From assembly GCF_009914755.1 (NCBI RefSeq), contig NC_060942.1: DNA of 64,000 nucleotides, one strand, 5' to 3'. The stretch's first letter is position 1; every line of letters starts with the position of its first letter. Made by a program: the position numbers and the translations under genes. This document shows positions 50,752-64,000 of the stretch, in pieces. A model generated the notes under the pieces. It was not told the origin of the DNA, did not search any database, and saw nothing but the letters and a program-made list of their open reading frames with translations. The stretch is from the human T2T-CHM13v2.0 reference genome, Homo sapiens.

Positions 50752-52192
50752 CAAATACCATAAACAAAGTGGCTTATAAATAATAAAAATGTATTTCTCA
50801 CAGCTTTGGAGGCTGGAAGTCAGATATCAGGGTGGCAACATGGTCGGCTTCCATGGAGGAGCTTCTTTTGGGTTGCAGATGGCTCACTTATTGCTGTTCC
50901 CTCACAGTGCAAAGCTACAGAACTCTCTGGGGTCCCTATTACAAGGGCACGAGTTCCATTCATGAGGGCTGTACATTCTTGACCTAATTACCTCCCGAAG
51001 GCCCCAATTTCTAATACCATCACATGAGGGGCTAGGATTTCAACATGCGAATTTTGGGGGACACGAACATTCAGTTCATAGCACTATCCATAAAAAATTT
51101 CTTTTCTACTTAAATTTGACAAGGTTGGTTTCTGTTTTTTACTGCTGAGCACCCTGAAAGCATGGATCAGGTTCTCCACTTCCAGCTTAAATTGTTCCAT
51201 GTCTTCACTGAATTCTTCAAGTACTTACAGCAATTCCACATACGTCCATTGAGTGCCAGGCATTGTGCTATGCACTATAAGGATCATCAACTCACTAACA
51301 GGAGTCTTTCCAACTGTTCTTCTCCTGAACTGTATATTAATGAAGAAGCACGTATACAGTGATAATATCTTTTGAAAACCCTGACTAATCCTTGCTCACC
51401 AGCATTCTTTTATTTCAAGACTTTATGGAGTCTTTTTATGTTAATATGCACTAGGAAGCTTAAAAAGAAAGATAATATGTAGGGATTTCAAAATGTATGT
51501 GACATGGAACTTCTTTTATGAGAATCTTTGTGTGAATAATATCTAATTAAAGATATTAGGAAATTCTGGAATAAAAATAAAAACTATAAATGAAAAAGAA
51601 GAAAGAATTTAAGAAAGTGTGATAGAGGCAACGGGAATTTAAACAGAAGTGGGGAAAGGGCAAAAGAGAGAAGGCCAGTGGGGAATGAGCTGAACTCTGA
51701 GAAGGCAGATTAGTAAAGTCAAAAGTTAAAAAAAAAATTTGTTTCAAATCATTATCACATGCAATAGGCAACAAAAATTCCCCAAATGAAATCTTACAAA
51801 GTATTCTTGGATCATAGCATATTGAAATCTCAATATGCCTCATTTTTAATATAATATTTAATAAAATAGAAGAAGTAGCTTAAAGTCACAGAATGGAGTC
51901 TCATATGCAAATCCACTTACCTCTGGAGTTTACAACCAAGAAAGTCTACAAAGTGCTGGTCATCATCAGAAACAAACTTACAAATCTTATCTTTGACATA
52001 GTGCATCTATAATTGCGATATCATAGGCTATTCTGACCTGTCTCCCTCAAGGAAGCAAGAAGAAGCTAGAGAGATTGAGAGAAGGTAATTAGAATTGTCA
52101 ACAGCATATAGCAACTTTATATGAGACTTGAATAAAAAATATTTAGAGGAGAAAGAAAGTTTACATATTCATATTTATAAAACTCTTGCTAT

Positions 52193-52954
52193 TGTAAGGG
52201 TGATGAGAATTTTCCCTTCCCCTTTAAAGGTTCAAATCTGCTGAAACGAACTCACAAGAGGCAGATTTAACAGGAGAAAAGGCATACAAATTTATTAACA
52301 TGACGTGTATATGAGCCATGCAAAAAATGACACTCAACGAAGGGCCAGATGGCTGAAGCTTAGATAGCACCCTCTTCAGAGGCAAGAAGGAAATAGGGGA
52401 ATATAGGCAATTTTGAGAGGTAGCACATGATTTTCAGGGGAATTGAGTGAGCACAGAGGACAGTCAATGAGCTGGGACAAAGTTCCTCTGAATTCTGGGG
52501 AGATGGCAATAGATAGTGGGAAGTTGAGGGACAAAACTTCACTGTGAACGAAGATTGTCTTATACAGATAAGTCTCCCAGGCAACCTCTTGAAGTTATCC
52601 TCAGAAGAATAAGTGAAAAGAATAGGTGTCTGGGTGTGATGACAACGTATGGTATCTTTTCTTCTCCAGTGGTTAACCTTTCTGGTTACGGAATGAAATT
52701 TCTAGAGAGGGGATTTTAGGACAATTGCATTTCTTTTGGAAGAAGTTTTCCTCCGTTAGATAAGGGAACTTCCAGAGAGAGCCGTTCCTGTGCTTGTTGT
52801 GGTGTAGGGGTTGGGGTTGTTGGAAGAGAAGGGAGACGGTTAGAAAGTCTCTAGTTTTGAGGCCACTTCTAAGGCCTTCCAATTTCACTTAAATCAAAAG
52901 TGCTCAGCATTCCAAATAACCATACTTTGGGGTATCATTCCGGGAACCCCAACA
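52193..52954 (-). mobile_element. MER39-like ERV1 solo LTR
   Basis: Minus strand begins tgttggggttccc..aatgataccccaaagtatgg..tttggaatgctgagcacttttga...ggaaggccttagaag; ends cccttaca; TSD ctat/ctgt. Confidence 0.8.
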
Positions 52955-53384
52955 CTGTATTCAAGGACCTGTGTTAAAATAAAATCCCGAAAATATGGAG
53001 AGTAGAACATCAGTTTTCACATTGAATCTTGGAATAGGAAACTAATTTTTTCCTCCTGTGTTTTTTTCTTGAAGCTTCAAAAAATTGTTTTAGGGAAAAT
53101 GAAAAGAAATTCTTATTTATACAAATCAATCTATGTAAAAAACTCATCTTTCTTAAGGATTTGTCAAAGTGTGTTTTATGGTGTTAATAATTCTTGAATA
53201 AAAAAAAGGATTCCATGATTCACTCATTTGGGATTATTTTTCAGTGACTTTGATATGCTACTGAGCTTCATGACTCTCTACAAGAGGATGATTCTAAATA
53301 TTCCCAATGAATTATAAATTTTAGCTATTTAGATTCTGTTATGTATCACTGAAATCTAAGAGAAAAAATACATTTTTGAAACGT

Positions 53385-53570
53385 TTAACAGCTTATTGAG
53401 TGTCTTTCCACACACTCTCTCATTTAGTATCCTGACAACAAGCATATCAGGTAGATGTTATTAAACTATGGTCCAGAAATAGCTAGTTATTTTCTCAAGG
53501 TTGCATAGTTTGTAAGTGGAGAGGCCAGAACCTAATCCTAGGACTTTTGACTGCATATTTTGTATTCTTT
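53385..53570 (-). mobile_element. MIR SINE
   Basis: 'ctctcatttagtatcctgacaacaa...caaggttgcatagtttgtaagtggagaggccag..aatccta'. Confidence 0.6.
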
Positions 53571-55696
53571 TCATTCCAATCACTCTTTATAAGGTTAAAC
53601 AAGAGAACTCAGAGCCCTTAGGCTGGTTCAGAACCTGCCCTGAAATTTTCCATTGCTGCTCTTTATTGCAATCCCTTGATACCTGTCTAAGAGAGACCCA
53701 AATCATCCTGTGGTCGGTGTAGATACCCCTTTAGATCTGGTCTTAGGAATCACATAATACAGATTTTCATTCTCGGCTATACCTCAATTTGAACAGTTAT
53801 ACCAGAATTTGAACAATAAATGATGATTATTGAAGTGCTTAGTACATCGATGCATGCATGGGAGGAAACACAACTCTGCCTCTTTTTGTTGGGCTTAACA
53901 AAATTCAGAAATGACTTCCACAAAGCAAATTTCTCTCTTTTAACTTTCAAACCTGTGTGCACTTTAAAGGAAATTTAATCCACATGTTTCTAAGTCATTT
54001 GCACTTAATTTATCAAATGCTGTTTGGTAAAAGCTATTTGGTTTCCCAGAAGGCTTAGGGTACTTTTGTTTATAGGATTTAAAAGCCCTCCTTTCCTTAG
54101 AAGTCTCATTTTGTAAGGTTCTCCACTGTACGTAAGCCACAAATGACCCAAACTCAGGATCCCTAATCCTGGATTTCCTAGGAAACATCTTTCGATGATT
54201 CTTTAAAGTCACTCTGCTTGGCTTCCATACTAATGTCACAGAGGTGGAACTGTATCCTTCCACTTAGATTTGTCATTTTTGCTGTGGATGCAGACAATCA
54301 CAGGTAAAGCTAGGCCTTCTCGCCTTTGCAGGATTAACTGAAAAACATCTTATCCTTGAAATCAAGTCTCCATTTCTTCAACATTCTTCCTAATTTTCTT
54401 TCCAAAGTTTTCTGGAAAATCTAGTCATGCCAGCAGCCAATATGACTGGCTATTGATGTATCATTCTTGCTTTTGACCCTAGAACAAAATAGCATAAAAA
54501 GAAGAAAGAAAAAGAAAACCAGTGGTTTTGCTGCTTAAGAGAAAAATAACAACAGAATTTCTTGTTAGAAAATTGAGAGTTTAATGCCTTTCATAATTTA
54601 GCATGTTCAAAAAGCCTAGGGCAAAATGCCTCAGGATGTAGCAGTATTAATAATTATGTGCAAATTTATAAATTTAAGTTAAATTGCTGGTATAATATGC
54701 TAATAATTAAGAAAGAGTCTTTCTATAGCATTTTTGTAAGGTCCTTTGCCAAAATTATTTAGACAATTCTTTAAGATTATAATAATTAGCATTAATTGAT
54801 CAATGCTAGCATTAATTAATATTATCATTAATAAAAACTAATATTTATTAGCTATTTGCCAATGTATCAGAAACTTCAGTATCTTATTATGGTCTCACAG
54901 TTATTCTATGAGATAGATGGTATTACGAAGACCATGCATTTATGTGGCCAGAAATTCCACTGGGAATGCCTGGTGTGGATCTTTTGCAGACAGATAGCTT
55001 ACTATCTTCATTAAGAACAAAAGGCTTTTGGTAAAAGAATAAGCTTCAAGCTTAGATGTTATTCATCCAAGGCATTAAAATTGTTAGAATGGTTCAACTA
55101 GAGGAATTGTTGATGGATTTCTCAAGGTATTTGCTGAAGATTAGAAAAATCTACAGCAGGGAAACAGGCTAGAAATAGAACTTTCCTTCTAAGAAAAAAT
55201 GGTGAAATAGCTTCAATAAACAATGGTTCTCAAGTTAGCTTTAAGCACACCTTGATCATTAATTAATCCATTTTCTGTGGTGAACTCAGACCCCTTCCAA
55301 TTCTCTCTCCTTTCCCCCAAACCCTACATTCTAGTTGCTGAGGAAAAGAGATCCTCCTTGCTCAGCCAATGTGCCAACTTGTTTTGAATGAAGTATGCAA
55401 GCCAAGGGGAGGAGTAGATTTGCAGGGATAATAGAATACAAAATTTTAGATAGTATAGGGAAAGTAAGGTGGTAAAAGATGAGAAATAGGGCAAGAACAC
55501 CAACTTTGGTGGGATGGACAGAAACATCTAATCAGGAATAAGAATTTTATTTCCTGAGGAGTGTTAAGTAAAACATTGTCCAATATCTTGTGGAGTTGGG
55601 GCTTTAGAGTGCCCTCACGCCTTAAATTCTGCTTTAAGCCAGGTGCAGGATAAGAACAGAGGTTGGTCAAATTGTGCCATATATACAGAAATTATT

Positions 55697-56090
55697 AATT
55701 CATTCAACACATTTATCAAGTACCTTTCTGTACCGTGGTCTGTGCTAGATACTAGGGATACTATGTGAATAAAAACATTTCTCCTGTTCCCAAGAAATTC
55801 AGTCTTGTGAGGGACATGGGCACATAAATAGGCAAATCTGATATAGCATGAGAAGGGTTAAGAGGTAAATAAACATAGGTTGCTTGAGAAAAGGAGAGGA
55901 AAATGCTATTCCCATAAGAACATGTGTAGATGGAAGAAATGTGAGCTTCAGTGGCAGAAAGGTGAGAAAGATTTTGCACCCCTACATGGGAAAGCTCTCT
56001 AAAGACCAAGAGGTTCGTGATGGGTTTGGAGGCCTGGGGTGACTGAACTTTTAAAATTGAAGAATTAGAAAAACAATTAGGAATATATAT
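55697..56090 (-). mobile_element. L2 LINE 3' fragment
   Basis: 'attcattcaacacatttatcaagtacc...tgtgctagatactagggatac..gtgaataaaaca' L2 3' end antisense. Confidence 0.75.
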
Positions 56091-59000
56091 GAGAGTTGCC
56101 ACCAGCCCAAGAAGAGGACATAGCTGACATGTGCACAAAATTGCACTCTTTTCTAACACTTTTTAGCAGCCATTAGCAAGCATAGAATAGGTTTGTACAA
56201 CGATGCCCCCCTCCCCACCACTGTTGGTTAAAGAGTGCATTTACTAGGGAGGAATTTTCCCTGTCCCAAGAGGGTATGTGGCTAGATTAGGCCACAGGAT
56301 AAGGCTTGGAAGGACTGGTTTGTTTTCCTTGTATTTTCTCACAGTGGTGACAGAACTAAAATTGGCCCCATTAAAGAAGAGACCTGAAAGCCCGCTTGTC
56401 TCCTCCTTGGCCTAGAACCGAAAACAATAAAATCGCATAATTCAACACTGACCAGGAACAAAAATACCTACTCTTAGGGTTAGTGAGGACTTTCATCACT
56501 CCTTGACTTTGTGTGTTGCTGATGAATGAGGCCACCACAGATACCTGGCATGAAGAGTCGGGCAGATTCATATTTTTGAGCTAAAAGCATAACTGTGGCA
56601 GCATTTTTTCTTTCTTTGAAAATGTTCAAAGCACCTTTTTGTTGTTGTTGTTGTTAGATGCATTGCATAAGGCCACAAGGCAGCACAACTCCATGAAAAC
56701 GAGTCTGAGAAGAGGCCATTTATGCTCTGCAGGCACACAAATCAGCCTGTCATCAACACAACATTGCCCCTGACTCCCCAAGCCTGAGAGACAAAACGTT
56801 CTGTAATTGGAGATTGCTTTGAATTCGTTTTAATTTGATTAGTAATATCCCGGAAGGCTACCTTAGCATACAGAGATTATGGACAATTAATGCTGTGATC
56901 AATTAGATCTAAATTGTTAGTCCATTAAGAGGAACTAACAAGAACTCTGATTTTCAAAGACTTTTCTCCTAATCCTCTTGCCCTAGCACTCCTTATAATG
57001 ACAGATAAAAGCTCTTCTATTACTCCCATATTATGCCACAAATTTAGACAAATCCATTTGTTTTTGTTATTTAGGAACATGCAACCAGATATCCCAGGTC
57101 CAAAGAACATCGAAAAAATCTTTGCAAATGCCACACACTTTCTTTTTATCACCATCATAAAATCAATAAAAATAACCATCAGAATGGCTTTAGCAATCCA
57201 GAATATGCAGACCATGTGTGCAGTACAATGACCTATTGTCTCTGGATAAATTAGGTACAAATATCCTCAGATTAGTTTGTAAAAGCTTCAGAGCACTGTC
57301 TTCAAAAGGTGCTTGAACTTTAAAGATATGAAGTGAGAAAAAGCAATGTAGAAAAATCCTGACTTCAAAACCAGACTTTGGTCCTTTCTCTTTTTTTCTT
57401 TTTTAGTAATAAACTCAGAAGAGTTTTCTGTTAGAGGAATTTTCAGGAACACATTTTAGTTGGCCTCTGTTTATGTCTTTCGTCTTTATCCAGGGCAAAA
57501 ATATCTCTCTTATATTTTCCAGCGAAATTCTCCCAACCCTCCAGACTTGGGTCACATGCTACTTTCTTCGAGAAGTTTTCCATGATCAACCCAGAAAACG
57601 GATGTCTAAACTCCATAGGCATTCATTCACTGGGCCCCTTGAAGTTATGTCGTGATATTTTTCTTTGTCTTAGTTCCCCTTCTCTTCTAGAGGGTAGGAA
57701 ACACATTGTATACTATTTTCTACATTCTGCAGTATCTGGCATAGTATACTGAGCCCAGAAGGCACAAATAAACATTTGCCAAATTTATCAATGACTTACA
57801 AAATTCTTATTAGAAGTTTATTTTTATGGCCTTTAGAAGATCACATTATTTTCATCAATAAGATCAAATTGGAGTCTTAGTAAGATTTAAACTTGTGACC
57901 AGTGATACATCAACAAAGAAATGTGGTTGCTCACTTAAGAAGGTTACTGCAGGAAAGATTTTATACCCCATACTTAAAACGATGCTCTTTAAAGCTTTAC
58001 TCAAGAATAGATGTTTAACACACTCTTGGTAGGAGTTGATATTTAGGAGAATTAACCTAAAACCTTTTGATAATTTTTGAAATCTTATTTTCAGAGAGCA
58101 AAGCCTATGAATGTTAACATTTTAAGTATATTTTATGTATAATAGAAAATAAAAATTCCAGGTAAGAGTTTATATTTGATTATGTGTCCTACAACTGAAC
58201 AACAGTTATTTTGTTAAAAGCAAATGCACATAAATAAGTGCATTTGCAAACCTAACAGCAATGAGATTGAAGGTGATGGAAGAGGTTGTCTGGCTGTGGC
58301 TGTGATAACATCCAAAATTCCTTCTATCCAGGTTTAACATTATATCCCCATTTAACAGCAAATGGTCAATAGATGCTAACAATGATGATTTGAAATGAGG
58401 GAAGGGGGCCGCTGACAAGACAGATGTGAATAACAGCTTCAGACCAGGATCCCTGAGATTAGGATTTTCATTCTAACATCATCCCATTGGAATTTTTGTT
58501 TATAATATTTGCAAAAAAGTAATATTTCATTTTTTTGTTTGACATGTTTACATAAATCTAAGGGTCAGTTGTCATTGCAATACACAACAGGAGGCATACA
58601 AGAGGTGTCTTTGGTAAGCTCATGCAAGGAAGTTCCAAGGAAGGGGCAGAGGTTCAGAGGGAAAGATGTTCCAGAAGAGATAGGAAAAATAGAATTCTGT
58701 AGGGGCTGGAGGCCTGCATTCCATCCCTGCCTTTCCCATATCACGGAGTTTATATCACTTCATTTAAGACCTTGCAAATCTTTTAGCAGAAAGAGAAAAC
58801 TTTTTTTTAAATGATGCCAAGAACATACAAAATGTGATTCTGCTCCTAAGCAAACCATAGACTTTGCATATCCTAAAAATAAGATTTCATAAATTATGAA
58901 ATGAAGTTTTATGTAATTTTCTCTATTTTTATGTTGTCTTCTAAATATTACTCCTACCTAAGTGCGTATTGTTAAACCTTTATTCTTGATCACAACTTTA

Positions 59001-60199
59001 GAGAGTGTCATTGTCATTCTTTACTTTAGATGGGATAGTTCTCTAATTCCCAATCCTTTTAGAGAAACTAGGGGTAAAAAACTGCGCCAAAGTGCATGGC
59101 TAGTTACTACTTAGGCAATTATGTTGTTGCCTGACACTGGATTAAAAAGTCCTATAAAGATTCTTTCTGTCTGCAAATATTTCTGTATTGGTCAACCCAG
59201 GCAGAGGAGAAGCTGTTCCTCCAAGCCACCTTGATTTACACATTTTACATATGGCAGTATATTTGGATGTAATTCTCACAAGCAAGGGCATATAGTGCTA
59301 TCACCACCATTTTAAAGATGAGAATGTAGAAGTTCAAGGAGCTGGAGCAGATCCCTTAGCTGGTTAATGCTAGGCTTGGGAAGGAACTCTAGTAAAGAGG
59401 ACTTTAACTCCACACAGGGCACAAGAAGTTAATATTGTAGCTCCCTGATGGCACTGAATTTCATTAATTTGGTGTTAATATTTCCAGTGTGAAACATTCT
59501 AATGAAGTGTTTACTCAAGGACAGGAGGAGTAGGGTGGAGCCTCAACGTTCTATCCCTAACACCAGAAGAGTCAGAATTTCTTCTATTTAATTACTTGTG
59601 GGGCATCCTGCACTGTTGGGAATACAGATGTTATCTATGTAAGAAAAAACCAATTTGAGGAAATAAAAATGTTTCATTCTGGAAGTAATTATTTGCATTG
59701 CAGAAGGATTCTTAACGGATTTACATTGTTTCCTTTAAATAGTGAGTTACTTAAATGCATTTATAATATGATTAATCTACAAAAAGATCCGATTGACATA
59801 ATTTTCAAATGGATCCATTTATTGATTGCTTTCAGAACATATATATTTCTGAAGACCAAGCAAACTGACCAAAGAATGATAGGAAGAAATTAGAGAATTT
59901 GAAACTCCTCTTTTGAAGGTAGTTTTCTCTTTTTTCTCAGGGCGGGGAAGTCCCTGAGCAGCCAAAGCACAGAGACCAGCCTTTGCTGGAACAAGACTCA
60001 TAATGAAATATCCAAATCTCTCATCTTTAAAAGATCTACTTTATGTTATGTATTGGCAAAATTTTCCTCTCTAATATCTCCATCCTATCTCTTGTTCTGC
60101 ACTAGGGAGCCAAAAAGACCATGTGGCCCTCTTCCCCAAATTATTCAAATACGCACATGAAGACAACTTAGACTCTTAAAAAATCATATCCATTTTGAC

Positions 60200-60795
<596 letters not shown>

Positions 60796-62454
60796 TGATA
60801 TTCAGTCCACGTCTGCCAGTACCATTTTCAATGAGTGACTGTTATAAGACATTTCATTTTAAGGAATTTTCTTTTACATTTGGTCTTAATTCAGAAGAAA
60901 ACAGAGGTCACAATAAATCAGCTCTGTGAATGTTTACGTGTATGTTGCAAAAGAGACATACGTGTTTCCCATATATGAGTCCTTAATTCATTGAGGGGAA
61001 TAAAAGCTTGGGGGCATTTGCTGAGGGAGAGACCTTGGACTAAAGCACACACCAGTGGATCGTTTCCGAGTTGTTAAATGACGTGGAAATTCTGGTGAGG
61101 AGAGACTTCTGTTTACGATGAAGTTGGTCTGTGTAAAATGTGATTTCAAGATGGCTTTTTGGTGAAAACTTGCTGTTTCAAGCACCGGCTATTCACACTT
61201 TAAAATGTACCCTGTGCTAGGCATACATAGGCATATTCAATCACAAACAAGAACTTGAAAATTATGGCTTTTTAAAAATTACAGTGTCTCAGTAATCAAT
61301 GTGAAGCACAGGAAATTAAAAACATGAAACATATCTAGGTGCTAAAGCTGTATCCAAAATTCTTAGCAAGCAGGGTGACCTGGGATTCCTTGGCAAATGA
61401 CTTTAAAAAAAATTCTCATCAGACATTTTTAGTTCAATTCAATAAAAAGAGGGTGTGTGTATGGGAGTGGTGGGGGTGGTATGAATCACTCATTTGGTCA
61501 GTCATCATTCGTTTAAATCATAGGGAGTCAATAGTCACGGTCAGTTGTAGAACTATCTACTGCAAAGCAGAGACATAACACTAACCAAGCCCCATGAGTC
61601 ACCTGCAGGAGTGAGCTCCCTGTGAAAAAATGGGATTCCATGGCTCACTTTCCTTGCTTCCTTTATTACCACTGCCCTGTACCCTCGCCTGCCCTTACTA
61701 TTCAAGGTGGGCTCCTAAGTTTTGGGCCAAGGATAACATAAATGTGGCTCTTACATGGGCCATGGCAGACCTTGGGAGTCAGTCTTGACTGGTACTTGTT
61801 TCCATGGAGCCTGGATACAAGATCATGCCCACTCTTAACATGGGGTGCTAGGCAGCCAACATACAGAATCGATCCAGGAATTTGCCATTCTCATTCAGTC
61901 CCATTCAGATAACCCATCTCCTTTTAGTGTTCTTCCTTCCCCACCTTTACACTCTTTCAGGCAGACACTTCAAGATATCTTTATTTATCCTAGACCAGTG
62001 CATTCTGGTCAACTTCTATCCAAGGGCCTGAAGACTTGGTAAAACTAGGGTAATAGATGAAATATAAAGAAACAATGGGCAACCAGAGAACAAAGACAAC
62101 ACAAAGGAGTCTTAAACAATCCTCAATATCTTCTGTTATATCATTTCATATCTCAATAGCATGAGTTTTTATTGTCAGTGAGTTTGTTCAAGAAAACAAA
62201 TAGTTGGAATAGGAAGCCCTGTTCCCATTCAGGATATGACTTTTTTGCACTTTGATAGAGTGAAAACCACTAAAGCATGGGTCATCTGTGCAGAACTGTC
62301 ACCCTTCAGGTGCCGACATGATCAGTAACAGCAACATGATCAATAACAGTGAACCTTACTCAGAAGATGATGTCTTAGTTTAAAAAGTTAATCTTTTTTG
62401 TTTTTCTTTTTAATTTTGATGAAGAATATTACCTTTAAAGTTCAGTCACTCTGT

Positions 62455-62545
62455 GCAATTCTTTCTTTCTTCTTTTTACTTTCCTTCACACCTTCCTGCC
62501 ATCCCTCCCTCCCTCTCTCCCTCCTTTCCTTCCTTTTCCTATTTA
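62455..62545. repeat. Low-complexity pyrimidine (CT/CCTT) tract
   Basis: ctttctttcttc...ccctccctccctctctccctcctttccttcc. Confidence 0.75.
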
Positions 62546-62814
62546 CTTGAGAATTTTCTCCCACTCATGAACATTTGGGAGAAGTTAAGCCAATTCAGGG
62601 ATGACATTTCATGAAAATTACACCTAGTAAGACAAAACATGTTCCGTCTCTTTTTTGGATGCCTGCATTGAAACTAAGCAAATAAACACAGGTGGGAGGT
62701 GTCACTCATGCAACAGAACCAACTATACTCCAACATGTACCTCAATATAGCATAGCTATTATTTTCTAGACTGGAAAAGGCCCTGGGCATTTATCTTCAC
62801 TGTCACCATTATCA

Positions 62815-63040
62815 TTATAATGGTAGCTAAGGTGCTGAGGGCTGACCTGATACCAGGCACATTGTATGCATTACATTACTGAATCTCCAACAACCCTAAA
62901 AAGCATAAACTTTTCTAATGTCCATTTAGGTGATGGGGACACTAAGGGTTAGTACAGTTAAGAATCTCATTTAAATGTCACAGTGGTGAAGTGGTGAAGA
63001 GGAATTTTAAACCCAGGTCTTCTGGCTTCAGCTCCCTGTT
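62815..63040 (-). mobile_element. MIR SINE
   Basis: 'taccaggcac...gaatctccacaaccct...ggtgatggggacactaagggttag...ttaaacccaggtcttctggcttcag'. Confidence 0.7.
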
Positions 63041-64000
63041 TTAGGGCCTCCACAGAAACAGTAGTAGAAATAATTTCTCCTCCACCTCTGTTAAATAAGC
63101 CTTTGTCTACAAGTTCATTATTCCTACCTGTAAGAAATGAGGTACATAATGACATAAATGAATTAGTTCAAGTTCATGTGGCTCCAAATTGGAGGTGCAA
63201 ACCATTATTGACAAACCACCAGCTAACCACCATCATTCTACATTTCCTGAGGAGTACAAAGGAAGTTACAACCTATCTTAAATCTCTGATGTGCAGGATG
63301 ATAATTTTCCAGTAAACTAAATCCTGTTCCTATCGGATGATTTGAACATTTCTAACGATTATTACCAATGCCTCCAAACAACATGGACTGCAGCAGCCAA
63401 TCAAAAGGCTCAGCTGGGTATTGCTTGACTTTTATTTCCAAAAGGTAACTTAGCAGAAACAGAGTAACTGTTCATTATTTTCTGTCATTTTTATATCATT
63501 TTTTTGCCATCCATATTGTGCAGTAATTGCAGGAAATTAAATTTGAATCTTGTGACACAAGCATGTTGTGAATATCATAAAAAACACACATGTTCATAAA
63601 TGGTAAAAAAAGAAAGGTGATAAAAATTACATTTAGGAAACTTTTACAATCTTTCTGAACAATGGAAAAGAACATGTTTTAGGGTTCTTTGTTTAGGTTG
63701 AATTCTGAGCTGATGCACTTTTAGAAGGCAAAGTTTTGTGTTTGGTGGGCATGTTTGTATTTTTGCTGTTTTCATTGTTTTCCCTGAGGCCTTTTAAATG
63801 GTACACTATGAGCAAGGAGGCAACTGAAATCCCACACAAAGAAGTGGCTTGAGCAAAATTCCCACACATGTCCAGTAACTGCAGAGCCTGTACATGAAGC
63901 CATTTTTCATTTACTACATGGGGGTGAGAAAAGACAGAAAATCTTTGTATGTGCTTTGGATTCTGCTTGGCTATGACTCCTTTGTGGCACCTGCTGCTGC

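Larger units (their letters stand above)
43146..51083 (-). mobile_element. MLT1A0 MaLR solo LTR split by the provirus (pieces 43146-43165 and 50752-51083)
   Basis: Left stub 'tgccttagttccggct' joins 'caaataccata...ggctggaagtc...ttttgggggacacgaacattcagttcatagca' = MLT1A0 antisense; TSD ctatg (43141-45) / ctatc (51084-88). Confidence 0.85.

Overview
AT-rich, Alu-poor, gene-poor catarrhine primate (probably human) genomic DNA. I could not recognise any host protein-coding exon; most short ORFs in the track are noise from repeats. The window is mostly old interspersed repeats: MIR, L2, CR1/L3, L1M, MER1A, MER3, MaLR and ERV1 solo LTRs, and three Alus. The main feature is a 7,586-bp, + strand, two-LTR HERV-E-group provirus (43166-50751) with LTR2-type LTRs, a tRNA-Glu PBS and decayed gag-pro-pol-env, nested inside an MLT1A0 LTR. 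Its pol lacks two internal segments (RNase H C-terminus to integrase zinc finger, and the integrase catalytic core). Their junctions (47860/47861 and 47966/47967) fall where GT-AG splice sites are predicted in the parental sequence. Because both LTRs are complete and a 4-bp TSD is present, it looks like a doubly spliced viral RNA that was packaged and integrated by retroviral machinery supplied in trans. An MLV-geometry readthrough pseudoknot follows a UGA gag stop, and HIF-type motifs survive only in the 3' LTR. Repeat family names come from my memory of consensus sequences and need RepeatMasker/Dfam confirmation.
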